This document shows positions 1-14,229 of a stretch of 64,000 nt of DNA, in pieces (the first letter of the stretch is position 1; each line of letters opens with the position of its first letter). Below the pieces are notes generated by a model. It was not told where the DNA came from, made no database searches, and was given only the letters and a program-made list of their open reading frames with translations. This stretch comes from Octopus vulgaris (lineage: Eukaryota), in the NCBI GenBank assembly GCA_951406725.2, contig OX597817.1, positions 141,050,001 through 141,114,000 on the forward strand. Direction: 5' to 3'. The translations under genes were made by a program, and so were the position numbers.

Positions 1-408
1 CATCAGTGACCTCTTCTATTAACAAATTCAGTTTAAAAAACTGTAGAAAACAACCGAAGCGGATATAGAAAATATCAATGAAACCTTCCAACTAGGGTAG
101 CCATGTATCTCCTCTTCAGTAAGAGACCTGTTTTTGTCCCTCTATCAGGCCTTAACCTTTCAACACCTGACAAAAAATACCATGTCCCTCAATACAGCAT
201 CCCAACTAGGTTGAGAGATCTTGTCTTGCAGGTTACTTGGTAACCTCACTCGTTTCAATATTCTGTAAAAAGCACCCCGTACACTCTGTAAAGCGGTTAG
301 TATAAGGAAAGACATCAAGCCATAGAAACCATGCCAAAGCAGACATCTGGAGCTCAGTGCAGCCCTCTGGCTTGTTGATTCCTCTCAAATCATCCAACCA
401 ATGACAGT

Positions 409-735
409 GGAGGCACAATGGACCAGTGGTTAGGGCAGCGGACTCGCGGTCGGAGGATTGTGGTTTCGATTCCCAGACCGGGTGTTGTGTGTGTTTATTG
501 AGCGAAAACACCTAAAGCTCCACGAGGCTCCGGCATTGGGGGGGGGGGTTTCCTGTTGTACTCTTTCTCCCCAACTTTTTCTCACTCTTTCTTCTTGTTT
601 CTTGTCCCCGACTTCCTACGCAACTACTGAGCCTGGATGCGCATTCATCCATCCATCGATGCTCTCGGTGTCGAGGGTTGACCTGCTTTCTCTTCTGCGG
701 GTCTTACGAATAGCAAAGGACCACGTTTCTGACTT
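409..735 (+). mobile_element. tRNA-headed SINE, family A (second copy at 35268-35580)
   Basis: A-box-like tggaccagtggttagg and B-box-like ggtttcgattccc. The head is shared with 35268-35460. Confidence 0.75.
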
Positions 736-1265
736 ATAGGATGAAGACCACTTCGCTCAACAAACAAACAACCAATGACAACATGGAAACCAAACAAACG
801 ATGATGAGGATAATAATGATAATGTAAAACCAACATTGTAAAACTAATATTATGATCATAGGATTAACCAGATTATCAGATATTACACATCACTTGTCAC
901 AATGTGCTTTGTATTATTTTAGCTTTCAAATGATGCAAACTCGCTGGCGAGGCAAACAGGCCAACATTTCCCCTATTCCAGGGACTCATTCATTTACAGT
1001 TGAGTGAACTGGAGCAACATGAAATGAAATGTTTTGCTCAAGAACACAATGTGTAGCTGGTCAGGGAATCGAAACCATGATCTCAGAATTGTGAATGCAA
1101 CACACCTAACTACTAGGCCAAATGCCTTCAATATTATAATAATATTGTAAAATATTGTGGAGAGATTTATTTTTTTAATACCAGAGAAGAAACATGGAAA
1201 TCAGAATTTCTTCTTTTGTTTTATACAAAACTAATATACAGAGGAATCAATCTGATTAGACAACC

Positions 1266-1393
1266 TAATTGTCTACCAGCTTAATTAGTGACAACTTAAT
1301 TGTCTACCAGCTTAATTAGTGACAACTTAATTGTCTACCAGCTCAGATCTATTTCCTTGTTCCGATACAATTTTCTTGTTCCGATACAATTTC
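1266..1393. repeat. Short tandem repeats: 31 bp x about 2.5, then 20 bp x 2
   Basis: taattgtctaccagcttaattagtgacaact is repeated, then cttgttccgatacaattt occurs twice. Confidence 0.85.
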
Positions 1394-2560
1394 CGAATGA
1401 GTGACCTTTCTTAATTACAAAGAGAAACATTTCAAAAATAGACTTAACAGAAGCTGAAACAGATAATATAATGAAATTGCTATTAATTACTTGGCTTTAA
1501 TTATACAATCATTTCATAAGCTACTGAATCAAAAGCTAATAGCTAATAAGAAGTCACAGATGATAAGAAATGGACAATTAAAGCAAATAGCTTTTGACCA
1601 TTAACTAGATTAAAGACCAAACTAAATTCGGACTAGATTCCCTCAATGAATTGTGGCATGACCTGTAGAATCAATCATAAGTCAGGTGGGATTCCTGACA
1701 TATTTCTACACAAGTCTTTGACAATGACACTCACTCTCAGAGCACTACAGATCTGTTAAAACTATGTTTTAATATATTTAAACTAAGGTCAGGAAATGTA
1801 TATATATATTTGATGCCCAACAGTAGTGATTATATAATCAAAATATCAAACACACATAACACACAGTAAGCATATTTTTTTAACGAGAGAGTTCAAAGTT
1901 AGGTGCTTTTAATAAATTATATGACATAGCACGGTCCAATGGAATAGCCATCAGTAACAAATAAAAACAGCCATCTTTCAAAAAAACATGTATCATTTTC
2001 ATAGATCAATATTAAAAATGATGGCCATTCAATAGCGACAACATGCTACAATCACTGATTCACAGACACAGGTCCTCCCTCACTCTTTCTTTTACTACTA
2101 TTACAATGGTTTCTGCTCTTAGGAACAAGCTACCAGTCCACCTGTCTTCTACCACCCTCACTGTTTCAACTTCTACCACCACTCACCAACCCCAGCCCCA
2201 CTAAATACTCCATCTTCCCAAAGAATTCAACACTCTGGAGCATTGAGTTGCCTACCAATTACAGTTCCTACAAACACTGATCAAGACATTCAAACTGAGC
2301 ATCACCCACCATAATCTCAACAGGCTGAGGTGCTATCTCTCCGGCAGAGACGGTAACTTTTAACAGCACAAACACACAATCACCACACACACACACATCA
2401 AGGACAGTGTTCCATCTGATATGCCACTCCGGTCTTAAACACACAACTAAACCCATTAAAATCACTACAACTGCTAAACCTCACCATTACTGAGAAACTC
2501 TCCTCAAGATGTTGCATACCCAACATAAAATCTGTACAATGTCAATTAGGGTTCTTGTTC

Positions 2561-3831
2561 ATCATCATCACTGTCATTTAACATCTGCTTTCCCATGCTG
2601 GCATGGGTTGGACAGATTGACTGAGGACTGGCAAGCCAATCTGATCTGGCAAGGTTTCTACAGCTAGATGCCCTTCCTAACGCCAACCTCTCCGAGAGTG
2701 TAGTGGATGCTTTTTATGTGCCAACAGCATGGGGCCCAGTCAGGTAGCACTGGCATTGGCCACCACAGCAATTTTACTTCACTCAATAGGTCTTCTCAAG
2801 CACAGCATATTGTCCGCCGATTGAATGGAATTCTTAAATGGGTCAGTTATGCAACACTGGCATAGGCTACAACTACGATCTCACTTAGCTTGCCGGGTCA
2901 TCTCAAGCATGGCATATCTCCAAAGGTCTCGGTCGCTTGTCTTGCCTCCTTGAGGCCCAAAGTTCAAAGGTCATGCTTCACTACCTCATCCCAGGTCTTT
3001 CTGGGTCTACCGCTTCCAAAGGTTCCTTCCACAGTTAGAGATCAGCACTTCTTTATACAGCTACCCTCATCCATACGTAACACATGACCATACCAGCACA
3101 GCCGTCTCTCTTGCACACCACACCTGACACGTCTTATGTTCAATTTTTCTCTCAGAGTGCTTACACTCTGCCATGTATGCACACTGACATTACACATCCA
3201 GTGGAGCATACTAGCTTCATTTCTTGCGAGCCTACTCAAGTCCTCAGCAGTCACAGCCAATGTTTCACTGCCGTGTAGCATAGCTGTTTGCATACATGCA
3301 CTATATAGTTTACCTTTCACTCTGAACAAGAAGCCCTTTGTTACCATCAGAGGTAAGAGCTCTCTGAACTTTGCCCAGGCTATTCTTATTCTAGCAGCTA
3401 TGCTCTCAGAGCATCCTCCCCCACTGTTGACTTGGCCACTTAGATAACAGAGGCAATCAACTACTTCTAGTTTTTCTCCCCTGGCATGTGATGGAAGCTG
3501 TTCTCTGCACATTTTCAGTGTTTATTGCCCCTGTGCATCTGCCACACACAAAAACTATCTTCCCAGTTAACCTTCCTTTGATATTGCTGCACCTCTTATG
3601 TGTCCATAACTTACACCAGGTACATTTTATGGAGTTTCTACCTACACCATTCTTTCAGCTCGAGCAGGGCCATCTACCTGAAGGGATTTGTGGTTTGTCT
3701 GCCTTCCTATTCACTGAGACTTTGGTTTTGCCAGATTGACTCTAAAGCTCTTTGATTTCAGACCTTGCTTCCACACCTGAAACTTCTCCTCTACTTCTGG
3801 TAGTGACTCAGCTATTAGAGCAAGGTCATCA
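2561..3831 (-). mobile_element. RTE LINE 3' fragment
   Basis: ORF 3042-3512 contains RIRIAWAKFRELLP and RRLCWYGHVLRM, followed by a 3' UTR and GAT tail. Confidence 0.92.
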
Positions 3832-5129
3832 TACTTCAACACCAAACAAATGCTGATTCTCTACAAAAGTTAAGCAAGTTCCACAAGGAAATACAATTGC
3901 AATATACTGGCTCCGTGCTGGTGGCACGTAACAGGGCACCATTCGAGCATGATTGTTACCAACATCGCCTTACTGGCACCTGTGCCGGTGGCATGTGTAA
4001 AAAGATTCGAGCGAGGTCATTGCCAGTACCGCCTGACTTGGCCCATGCTGGTGGCACGAAAAAAGTATCCACTACACTTTCAGAGTGGTTGGCGTTAGGA
4101 AGGGCATCCAGCTGTAGAAACTCTGCCAGATCAAGACTGGAGCCTGGTGCAGCTATCTGGTTCACCAGCCCTCAGTCAAAATCGTCCAACCCATGCTAGC
4201 ATGGAAGGCGGACATTAAACGATGATGATGATGATGGCTATACAATATATATATCAAACTACATCTAAAAATAGTCTGGCTGCTTGACAATGACTTTCAT
4301 CAACACATTCCAACCCATACCCTAGAGCTGGGCTCTTTTCTCTGATTAGTTCTTCTACCACTACAGCACTAGTTTCTGCTGTCGCAGTTTCCAATTCATA
4401 GACCAAGCTCGACTCAGCCCTCCACATCTGCTCATAGTTAGTTACTCATCTCCACTCAAATCCTCCCATTACATCAATCCCTTCACTCAGTTTGTCACCC
4501 TTCACAGGTCCTGCACTGAACAATATACTAAGATTCTTTCTCCATACAATACCAAACCACAGGAATTACTTTCCCACTCATATTCCCCCCCAGCAGGTGT
4601 TACCTGAAAGGTGATTAAATAGCAACAACATCAATGTCTCCAATGAAATTATTTTTTCGATATGGGAAACACTGACCTCAAGCTATTTAAACTGAATGTC
4701 AACCGCATAAATGCCACCAATATGAAGACAACGAGCAACAAAAATTAAATTAGAATAAATTAAGATGACATAAATCAAAACTCGTTAATGTTTCGTTTAG
4801 TTAGTCTTTTTTTTATTCTGCTCTAAAACAGAATAAGAACAGAGATTAATTAAATATATCTGAAAAATGGCATTATTAATTATTGAGAAAAGACACTAAT
4901 ATTGGAAAAGATATTAATCAAATTATATCTGTAAAAGATATCAGTTGTATTTGAAAATTATCGTCATCATTTTACATCCCATTTTCACACTGCTGTGGGT
5001 GGGACAGGTTGTAACAGGGCCAGATGAGTCAGAGATGGGGGACACCATGCCTTCACTTTTATATTTCTATGTTAACGTGGTTTCTAAAGCAATGTACTTC
5101 CTAACTCCAATAACTTTACAAACTGAATG

Positions 5130-6412
5130 AGTGCATTTGAGCGAGCGCTGCATTTTTTAAGCCAAAGGGTGTACTTAGAAATTCGTACAGCCCAAAAGAA
5201 GTGATCACAACAGTTTTAGATATGTCATTGTCTCACACTGGTATTTGATGGTAACCTCAGATGATCAATGGACTGCTTGATCAATAGACAATGCCCAAAG
5301 CTTCCATACTGTCAAACTGAGCCCTTGCAATAGCAAGTTTGTCTGGTAGTAGACGGCATGCATGGCTGTGCACTGTAGGGCCAGTAGTGGGGATGTGGTG
5401 TTTCACTCCATGGTGGGTTGTGGGTTTGGAGAATATCAGGGTAGTGAGATTCAGGCAGCTTACAAGGAGATTCGAGAATTCATAGTTGGTCTGAGAGACA
5501 GCTGCTATGCGAGGGGCAGCATGTGCAGATTTTGCAAGAGAAACAAAGGCATAAGTGTTGCTGTTGACGAGTCATCTTCCCTGAAGATTGGCCGGCAGTG
5601 AGCATGCCTGAAGAAAGTCTGCTTCAGTAATAGGCTGATGGACATCAGCAACAGCGAATACTCAAGTGTAAGCTTGTGATCCGATGTGAAGGGAGAGATT
5701 GCAGCATCCGTATACTTCGATTGTGAAACCATTGACAGCCACTAAAAATTGGCCTCACTCTCTGTAATGGTGGTCCCTTGCAGATGCTGCTCCTGTTTCA
5801 ATTAGGAATATTCATCCAGAGCTCCAATCATGGACATACAGGAGCAGTTGATCATGTTTGCCAGCTACCAGCTATGGAGTTTCCCAGGGTCAATGACAAA
5901 AGGCTTTTGAAGCTACACGGCTGCTTACACTTGGAAGCCTTTGCCCCAAACTTTGTGTGATAGAAACACAGATTGGTTCATGTAACTTCATCATGTCTTG
6001 GGTGGGGGGGACCACCTTATGGCACTGATTATAACCCCTCTAGTCAAAAAATGCATTTTGGCCACTTTCGCTAACTGCCATAGGCCCTTGATCTCAGTCT
6101 GAGTTATGAGAGACTAGACATGAGGTGGCAATTTACAGAATATTTCCACAAGTCTCACTTCTAAAGTGGCATATTCGTGAGTAGCCAATGGTTGAATTGG
6201 AATGTCTTGCACCCTTGTTGCTGTGCCTTCATCCAAGGCTGCTGTTATGTATACTTCATCAGCTTTGAGGTGACCTTCCTTATGTTGAATTGTGCTTCAA
6301 CTTGTGCAAACCATATTACATCAGCCCACTTCAGCCAGAATTGTGGAAGCTTCAGTGTGATAGTGCTATCCCTTGCCATGCTTACATGTTTTGTATTTTG
6401 AGGTCACCATAG
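5130..6412 (-). mobile_element. Decayed Gypsy LTR retrotransposon internal region, CsRn1-like
   Basis: The minus strand shows a TGGTGACC PBS-like motif at about 6402-6409, gag LKLPQFW..WFAQVEAQF, the CHCC knuckle CFYHTKFGAKASKCKQPC, and pol VKHHIPTTGPTVHSH..RLPDKLAIARAQF. It is heavily deleted and no paired LTRs are visible. Confidence 0.82.
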
Positions 6413-6904
6413 CTTTTGTTAAGCTATAGATAAAAATAACCACAAACAAAAGAGAGAATACAATCAACTATTCATGCTTGGGTTTCGTTTACCACCTCCA
6501 GAAGTCCCTTGTCTGTGGACCAGCTTGATAGCTCATCCACAGTGAAGATCCTTGTCTACAGTTCATCTGTTATGAGTTTGTGGACAATACCCTACAGGAA
6601 TCCAGTCATGATCACCCATCAAGAATAGTATATATCAGACTATATAATTGAATGTGTCCCACTAGGGTATTCTTAATGATAGAGTGTGTCTAGCTGCTAT
6701 TTCTGCCTATTCAAGTGACCACATAAAGGTTCCCTTCACTTGTGACAAGATGAGAATGTTGAGGTCATTAAAGTAACAAGACAACATGAGAATGTTAAGG
6801 TTGTTCTGGTAAATTACTATAATCAATTCCAAACTCCAAAATAATTAATGAATCAGCTGTCTGTCTTCATAGATCTACCTTGACATGGTTTTAATAACAT
6901 CTTC

Positions 6905-7060
6905 AAGTAATACAGTTCTATATTTAAGAGATGAGGAATTATGTACATTATTTATAATTGACGGATATTTGTCCTCATCTTGTTTGTTGTTAACATGTTT
7001 CGGCTGATATACCCTCCAGCCTTCATCTGGTGTCTGGGTTCTCATTCCTAAGGTATTTTT
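6905..7060 (-). mobile_element. Penelope-like terminal repeat remnant with a degenerate hammerhead
   Basis: The minus strand reads gacac-CAGATGA-a-ggctg...cagcc-GAAA-catg-tt at about 6992-7034. Core U4 is changed to A and stem I is poor. Confidence 0.5.
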
Positions 7061-7092
7061 CGCCGCCGCCGCCGCCGCCATTATTATTGTTG

Positions 7093-7124
<32 letters not shown>

Positions 7125-7339
7125 GTTGTTGTTGTTGTTCAGGTCACTGCCTGAACTCGGAATCTTGGAGTTACTAGCCTGCGCTCTTAACCACTACGCC
7201 ATGTGCCTGTGGGCAATTATGGAGTGAATTTTAGGGCTCATAAATCTAACATTCTCCTATCCTTCCTTAATACCGGCTCTCATATGCTGTTCATATCTGC
7301 ACTCGGTCTGCTTAGGAGGTTGTTGTGTCCTAGCATATG

Positions 7340-7730
7340 TGCTGCTTCTTTCAGTTTTCCTGTGTATTGCTGCTCTCTCTCTCTCTGTTAACCTGTCACT
7401 ATACCTTTTATGTGTCCACAGTTTGCACTGGCAACACTGCATAGAATTTCTACCAATTCCTTTCCTACAAATCAAACAAGATCATTTCCATGATCGATGT
7501 ACAGTCCTGTCTGTTTTGCTACTTACTAAAACTTTATTCTTCGTTAAGTTAACTTTGAGGCCCTTCCATAACAAGTTTTGCTTCCACACCCAGAATTTCT
7601 TTGCCAATTCTACAATAGATTGAGGAATGAGAATGAAGTTATCAGCATAAAGGCTTTTCTATGAGTACCCAGACTTAAACTCTTGGTGGACTGTGATGAA
7701 GAGGAGGAGACAAAGAACTGATCTACTCAC
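7340..7730 (-). mobile_element. Old RTE LINE fragment (RT end and Cys-rich region)
   Basis: ICRKGIGRNSMQCCQCKLWTHKR, plus a YAD-like RT motif at about 7640. Confidence 0.75.
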
Positions 7731-10700
7731 AGAACTCATTCTACTTCTCCTGTTGCTAAGTAAACCTGTCATCTAACCTCTCAGTTGTCCCCTTTAGTCT
7801 TTCAGCCGTTCCAAGCCGGACTCACTGTCTTAATGGCTTTCTCTATCACATAGTTCCATCCCAAACCACATCACCTTGTTAAGCTGGAACCTTGCATCAA
7901 CCACAGATTTGGTCTGTGGCTGTAGCTATTTCTTACCTGCTCTTCAGATAAAGGAGTTTCCATTCACCTCGTCTTGGAATATATAGATCTACCCAACAAT
8001 TTGTTAACAAGGAAATGTCAATAAACATCACTGTTTGTAGCAAAGTGATTTCTCATTCAATGCACAGAATGTAAACATTCACACAAACACACACACACAC
8101 ACACACAAGGTTCCCAGAGAACCTTCTTCAAGCAAATTAACTCACAAAATATTAGTCCAACTAGGGCTATAGTAGAAGACACATGCTCAGGGTGTTATGC
8201 AATGGGACTAAACCTGGAATCAAGTACTTGAAATGAGAACGTCTTAACCACACACATGCCTGAACTACTATACACACACACACACACATACACACACACA
8301 CTCACACAATCATAACAGACACAGTTGTGTGGTTAAGTAGTTTGCTTCTCAATCACATGGTTCCTGGTTCAGTTCCACTGCACATACCTATCTCTTTACT
8401 ACCCACAAGGGGCTAAACACAGAGGGGACAAACAAGGACAAACAAACGGATTAAGTCGACTACATCGATCCCAGTGCGTAATTGGTACTTAATTTATCGA
8501 CCCCGAAAGGATGAAAGGCAAAGTCAACCTCAGCGGAATTTGAACTCAGAACGTAACGGCAGACGAAATACTACTAAGCATTTCGCCCGGCGTGCTAACG
8601 TTTCTGCCAGTTCGCAGCGTCTTCTACTTCTCAGGCTGAACAAAACCTTGTGAGTGAAGTTGACAGATGAAAAGTGAAAGAAGTTTGTGTAGGTATATAT
8701 ACACACACACTCACGCACACACATGCATATATGAGTGTGTGCATGGGGCAGAGGGGAATTTCTTGTCTTAACATTACATGATATTGTCGTACAAGCAGCA
8801 TTATCCATTTCCAAAACTCTGCAAAAAACATGTCTGGCTATGAGGAAATACTAACTTGCCTTGAAACAAGTGAGGGTTGGCAACAGGAAGGGCATCCAGC
8901 TGTAGTAAATCTGCTTCAACCCATATCTATCTCTGTACTCCATTCCTGCAGCTTACCCAAACATATCATCTCTCTGGCATCAACAGTTTTCTCATTACAA
9001 CCCTTTCGCTAGCATTCTTCCAGTCTCCCCAAATCGTGCACCCCCACCCAATCATCCCTTCCCAATCTTTACAGAAGTTGCCTACCTATCTTCCTCTCTC
9101 CCATTTCCCCTATCTCTTCCCCCATACATCATCATCATCGTTTAACGTCCGTTTTCCATGCTAGCATGGGTTGGACGGTTTGACCGGGGTCTGGAAGCCA
9201 TGGAGGCTACACCAGGCTCCAGTCTGATCTGGCAGTGTTTCTACAGCCGGATGCCCTTCCTAACGCCAACCACTCTATGAGTGTAGTGGGTGCTTTATAC
9301 GTGCCACCGGCACAGGTGCCAGACGAGGCTGGCAACAGCCACGATCGGTTGGTGGATTTTACGTGCCACCGGCACAGAAGCCAGTCGAGGTGGTGCTTTT
9401 TAGGTACCACCGGCACAGGTGCCAGGATAGGCTGGCAACGGCCACAATCAGTTGGTGCTTTTTACGTGCCACTGGCACGACTTGCAAATCCCCACCCACC
9501 TACTTGTGGTGCCACCCGTACACATCATCACCATATCTCTTTGCAGATACCTCGACTTCATTTTCACTCACTCTCCTTAATACGAGCAACCATGTACTTC
9601 CTCTGCAACAAGAACCTGCTCTACACCAACTGCTTCTAACATACCTTAACCCCCACAGAACATAAGGATACAGCACTCTCCTCCTCAGGTGTTGCAAGCT
9701 ACATGGTGATCTCAATAGTATTGGTGGCACAAAAAAGCACGCAGCACACACTGTAAAGTGGTTGGCATTAGAAAGTGCATCCAACTATAGAAACCATGCC
9801 AAAGCAGACACTGGAGCAGCACAATGCAGTCCTTGGACTAATCAGATCTTTGTCAAACCATCAAATCCATGCTTCATAGAACATGAACGTTAAATGATGA
9901 TGATGATGATAATGATGATGATAATGATGACAGTGTGTGTGTGTGTGGGTGTGTGTGTGTGTGTGTGTGTGAGTGTGTGTGTGTGTGTGTGTGAGTGTGT
10001 GTGTGTGTGTGTGCATGCGCACAGCTCGTTTTATCTCTCAGTAAATTTCTGGAGTTAAATTTCAATTTGTTCAATAGCTTTCACTAAGACCTGCCAATAC
10101 AGAAGCATGGATATTTATCTGATTGGACAATAATATTTATAATTAAACATTAACTTGGTTTTTACACCCACTTTTCTATGCTAGACTAGCTGAATAAATA
10201 TAGTTATAGATATTTCCATAGAGATTATAGCAGTAAAATATTTTTTCCTTTCTTTATTCTTTAGATACAACATAGAAATGCTGATGTTTTCAGCTGGGTA
10301 AAACAAGACAAGCAGAGTAATGTACCTTGGTTAAGCGTTGCATCAGTGTGGCTGTTGTATACAGCCTAGTCAAAAATAGATGTTTCTATTTCAAAATTGG
10401 TTAGCATTACAGAATACATGAAACTGTGAAAACAATTGCACCAAAATATGCTTCAGAAAGTGTTCAGATTGCAGCAAAAGAAATGTAAATTAAAAAGCAA
10501 ATCAAAAACCAAGTCTCATAGATATGTGGCCTGTTACTGTCAATCTGTCAAGATAGTAGAAATGACAGCAGCAATAACTCATAAATAATAACGATTGTAA
10601 ATGTCAAAATTAAATAAATGAATGTCAGCCAACCTAGTTGAAACTAAATAACAAATAGCCAAATGACAAGAGACTAGAAATTCACACATGCTGCACACAG

Positions 10701-11962
10701 AATAGTCCAATAGGAAGAAATATGTTTAATCCACATGATCAGATGCTTATATAGTCTGAGAGAGGAAAAAAAAGGGGAAATTATACCATTCATCATCATC
10801 ATCATCATTGTTTAACGTCCGCTTTCCATGCTAGCATGGGCTGGACGGTTCAACCAGGGTCTGGAAAGCCAGGAGGCCGCACCAGGCTCCAGTCTGATCT
10901 GGCAGTGTTTCTACAATTGGATGCCCTTCCTAACTCCAACCACTCCAAGAGTATAGTGGGTGCTTTTTACATGCCAGGAGAGGCTGGCAACGGCCATGAT
11001 CAGCTGGTGCTGTTTACGTGCCACTGGCAAGGAGGCCAGTCGAAGCGGCGCTGGCAACGGCCATGTTCGGATGGTTCTTTTACATGCCACCGGCACTGGT
11101 ATCACAACTACAATTTCCATTGATTTTTGATGGATTTTGATTTCGATTTCCATTCTCAGAAGGAAAAAAAAAACCATTGGGTAAAATATTCAGCTAAATA
11201 GTTCCAAAAGCCAAATGTCTTGAACTCCACCTCATTTCCATAAATTACAAAAGAAAAGACAAACTATTGGTTTAAAAATGAAACTGTTTAGAAAAAAATA
11301 ATTACAAGAAATCATTATCATCATTTTAAAATCCACTTTTCCATGCTTGCATGGGTGAGACAGCTTATTAAAGCAAATATTTTCACTGCTTAGATGCCTT
11401 TCACGTCACCAACCCTTACTTGTTTCCAAGAAAGGTAATATTTCCCCAAAACCAGACATGTTATTGCAGAATACTGGAAACGAACAACACAACTTGTATG
11501 GTAATTACAAAGTTTCCAGGCAATGTCTTGCATTGAGAGATTTTCAGACTAGTTCCGTTACGGCTGGATACAATTCAAATCCTGTTTGTAGGGTACAGTG
11601 TCCTTTGGACTATACATTGTTAGTTCTACTAGGTTATGCACTGAGAGAATTGTTGTTTACATTATGGACGAGTTATGTATGATTTGTGAAACAGATCTAA
11701 AATGTTATTGCCCTTACACTTTTACTTGTTTCAGTCATGTGACTGTGGCCATGCTGGAGCACCGCCTTTAGTCGAGCAAATCGACCCCAGGACTTATTCT
11801 TTGTAAGCCTAGTACTTATTCTATCGGTCTCTTTTGCCGAACCACTAAGTTACAGGATGTAAACACACCAGCATCGGTTGTCAAGCGATGTTGGGGGGGG
11901 GGGCAAACAGACACCCACACGCACATATATATGTATGTGTATATATATATATATATATATAA

Positions 11963-12126
11963 TAGGCGCAGGAGTGGCTGTGTGGTAAGTAGCTTGCTAA
12001 CCAACCACATGGTTCCAGGTTCAGTCCCACTGCGTGGCATCTTGGGCAAGTGTCTTCTGCTATAGCCCCGGGCCGACCAATGCCTTGTGAGTGGATTTGG
12101 TAGACGGAAACTGAAAGAAGCCTGCC

Positions 12127-12176
<50 letters not shown>

Positions 12177-12390
12177 ATGTGTTTGTGTGTCTGTGTTTGT
12201 CCCCCTAGCATTACTTGACAACCGATGCTGGTGTGTTTACGTCCCCGTCACTTAGCGGTTCGACAAAAGAGACCGATAGAATAAGTACTGGGCTTACAAA
12301 GAATAAGTCCCAGGGTCGATTTGCTCGACTAAAGGCGGTGCTCCAGCATGGCCGCAGTCAAATGAAACAAGTAAATAGAGTAAATAGAGT
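11963..12390 (+). mobile_element. tRNA-headed SINE, family B, with an internal TA/TG microsatellite
   Basis: gtggctgtgtggtaag and ggttcagtccc boxes. Related pieces lie at about 11722-11940-, 12544-12710-, 14590-14748-, 8110-8260-, 28155-28520+, 42650-42865+, 52445-52680-, 55290-55440- and 63040-63170+. Confidence 0.8.
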
Positions 12391-14229
12391 ATATATATAT
12401 ATATATGCGAATATAAACAAGAAGGGTAGTTTTTGATTTTCACTCTCGATAAGTTCATCCCCTTTTTGTGTTCCCAGCACTCGGCATCTTTATTTAGGAG
12501 CCCTTAATTGTATATATATATATATATACATATGTACATATATACGACAGGCTTCTTTCAGTTTCCATCTACCAAAACCACTCACAAGGCTTTGGTCGGC
12601 CCGAGGCTAAAGTAGAAGACACTTGCCCAAGGTGTCACGCAGTGAGACTGAACCCCGAACCATGTGGTTGGTAAGCAAGCTACTTACCACACAGCCACTC
12701 CTACGCCTATAAATAGGACAGAGTATTATTTCTTTCATGAACAACATTTTTAGAAAGGCCATGCTGAGATTCTGCTTGCCTTTGCTCATACAGTAAATAT
12801 TCTCAAAAGTATTGTGCTCTTCAGGCCATTTAACATTAGTGAGGTTGAAGTTACCAAAGAGACATACACTGATGCATTTTTATTCAATTTGTTTTGTACC
12901 TTTTCAAATTTTGTAAAGTTATCTTCAAATTTACCGTCATGATTCAGTGGAAAATGCTTTGTACATATAACTACAATTTGTTTTGTATTAACTAGCAACA
13001 TACTACAAATCAAGTTTGAAAATAGCATCAAGAATGTAACATCTTCATAGACATATATAAGAACTCTGATAGGACTTCATTCTTTCTTGTCACTAAAAAG
13101 AAATACACTTTAGCAGGTTGTAGTTTTTACATGTGTTTGTTATACATATAGCAAAATCTCTTAGGGGATTTAAAAGACCCCAGACATTAAGAGAAAGTGT
13201 GTGTGTGTGGGCACAAGCATGTATGAGAAACAAAGGAATTGTTTCTTCGGTCTATTTGTATATCATCTATTGTCAAAAATTTCCAAGGAAATGGAAATAT
13301 CTACATCATTAGATCTAAGAATCTTGAGAATGCTTGAACCTCTACAAATTCTTAAATATAGTAAATATTTTGCTTTACCTCATTTCTTTGGAAAAGTTTG
13401 AAAATTTTCTGTATCTGTATATGAAATTAAGCTAAGGAAAAGCACCCAGCCGAAGAAACCATACCAAGTCAGACTGGAGTCTGATGCCGCCCCTCAGATT
13501 ACCAGCTCTGGTCAAACCATCCCATGCCAGAACGGACATTAAATAATGATAAACAATTCCATTTCTTCTGACTAACATACCCATATTATTGATATACAGT
13601 TCTGTACACTACCAAAAACATTTTATTCCAAGGTGTATATATATACAAGTGAGATGTTGGCTACTATGAAGATGGAAAAACATTGACAACAAAGCAAAGG
13701 GCCATGAAAAGATTCCTGCCAAGAATATCACTGTAAGGGTCAAACAATCATAAATGCATTTAGGCCAACATACCTATTGAATGTATTAGGAGTTCTTTCT
13801 AAGATAGTTGGGTGTGGCTCAACGGAGAATTGGCTATTTCTTACATGTCGATTGACAGCAGAGTGGGTCCCTCTTTGTGGACTCATTTGGGTGTTGGTGG
13901 TACAGAGACATACGCAGGTGGTAATCATCATCATCATCATTTAACATCCGATGTCCATGCTGACATGGGTTGGATGGTTTGCCTAGGGCCGGCAAGCTGG
14001 GGGGCTGCACCAGACTCCAGTCTGTTTTGGCATGGTTTCTACAGCTAGATATCCCTCCTAATGCCAACCACTCCAAGAGTGTGATGGGTGCTTTTATGTG
14101 CCACTGGCACAGGTGCCATTAGCATGATACCGGTATCTGCCACGACTGCGGTTTTACTTGGCTTGATGGGGCTTCTTCACAAGCACAGCATAATGCCAAA
14201 TGGAATTTGGTCAGAAGGAATACTCAGTG

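Noticed and set aside
409-480. tRNA gene candidates at SINE heads (also 11963, 16308, 35268, 61120)
   Set aside because: A and B boxes are present, but there is no complete cloverleaf and each continues into a multi-copy SINE body.
6990-7035. Active hammerhead ribozyme
   Set aside because: The core reads CAGATGA instead of CTGANGA and stem I cannot form well, so it is kept only as a degenerate remnant.
12786-13031. ICTKHF motif suggesting a THAP domain
   Set aside because: The upstream C-x-C, P/W and AVP residues are missing, so a single short motif is not enough.
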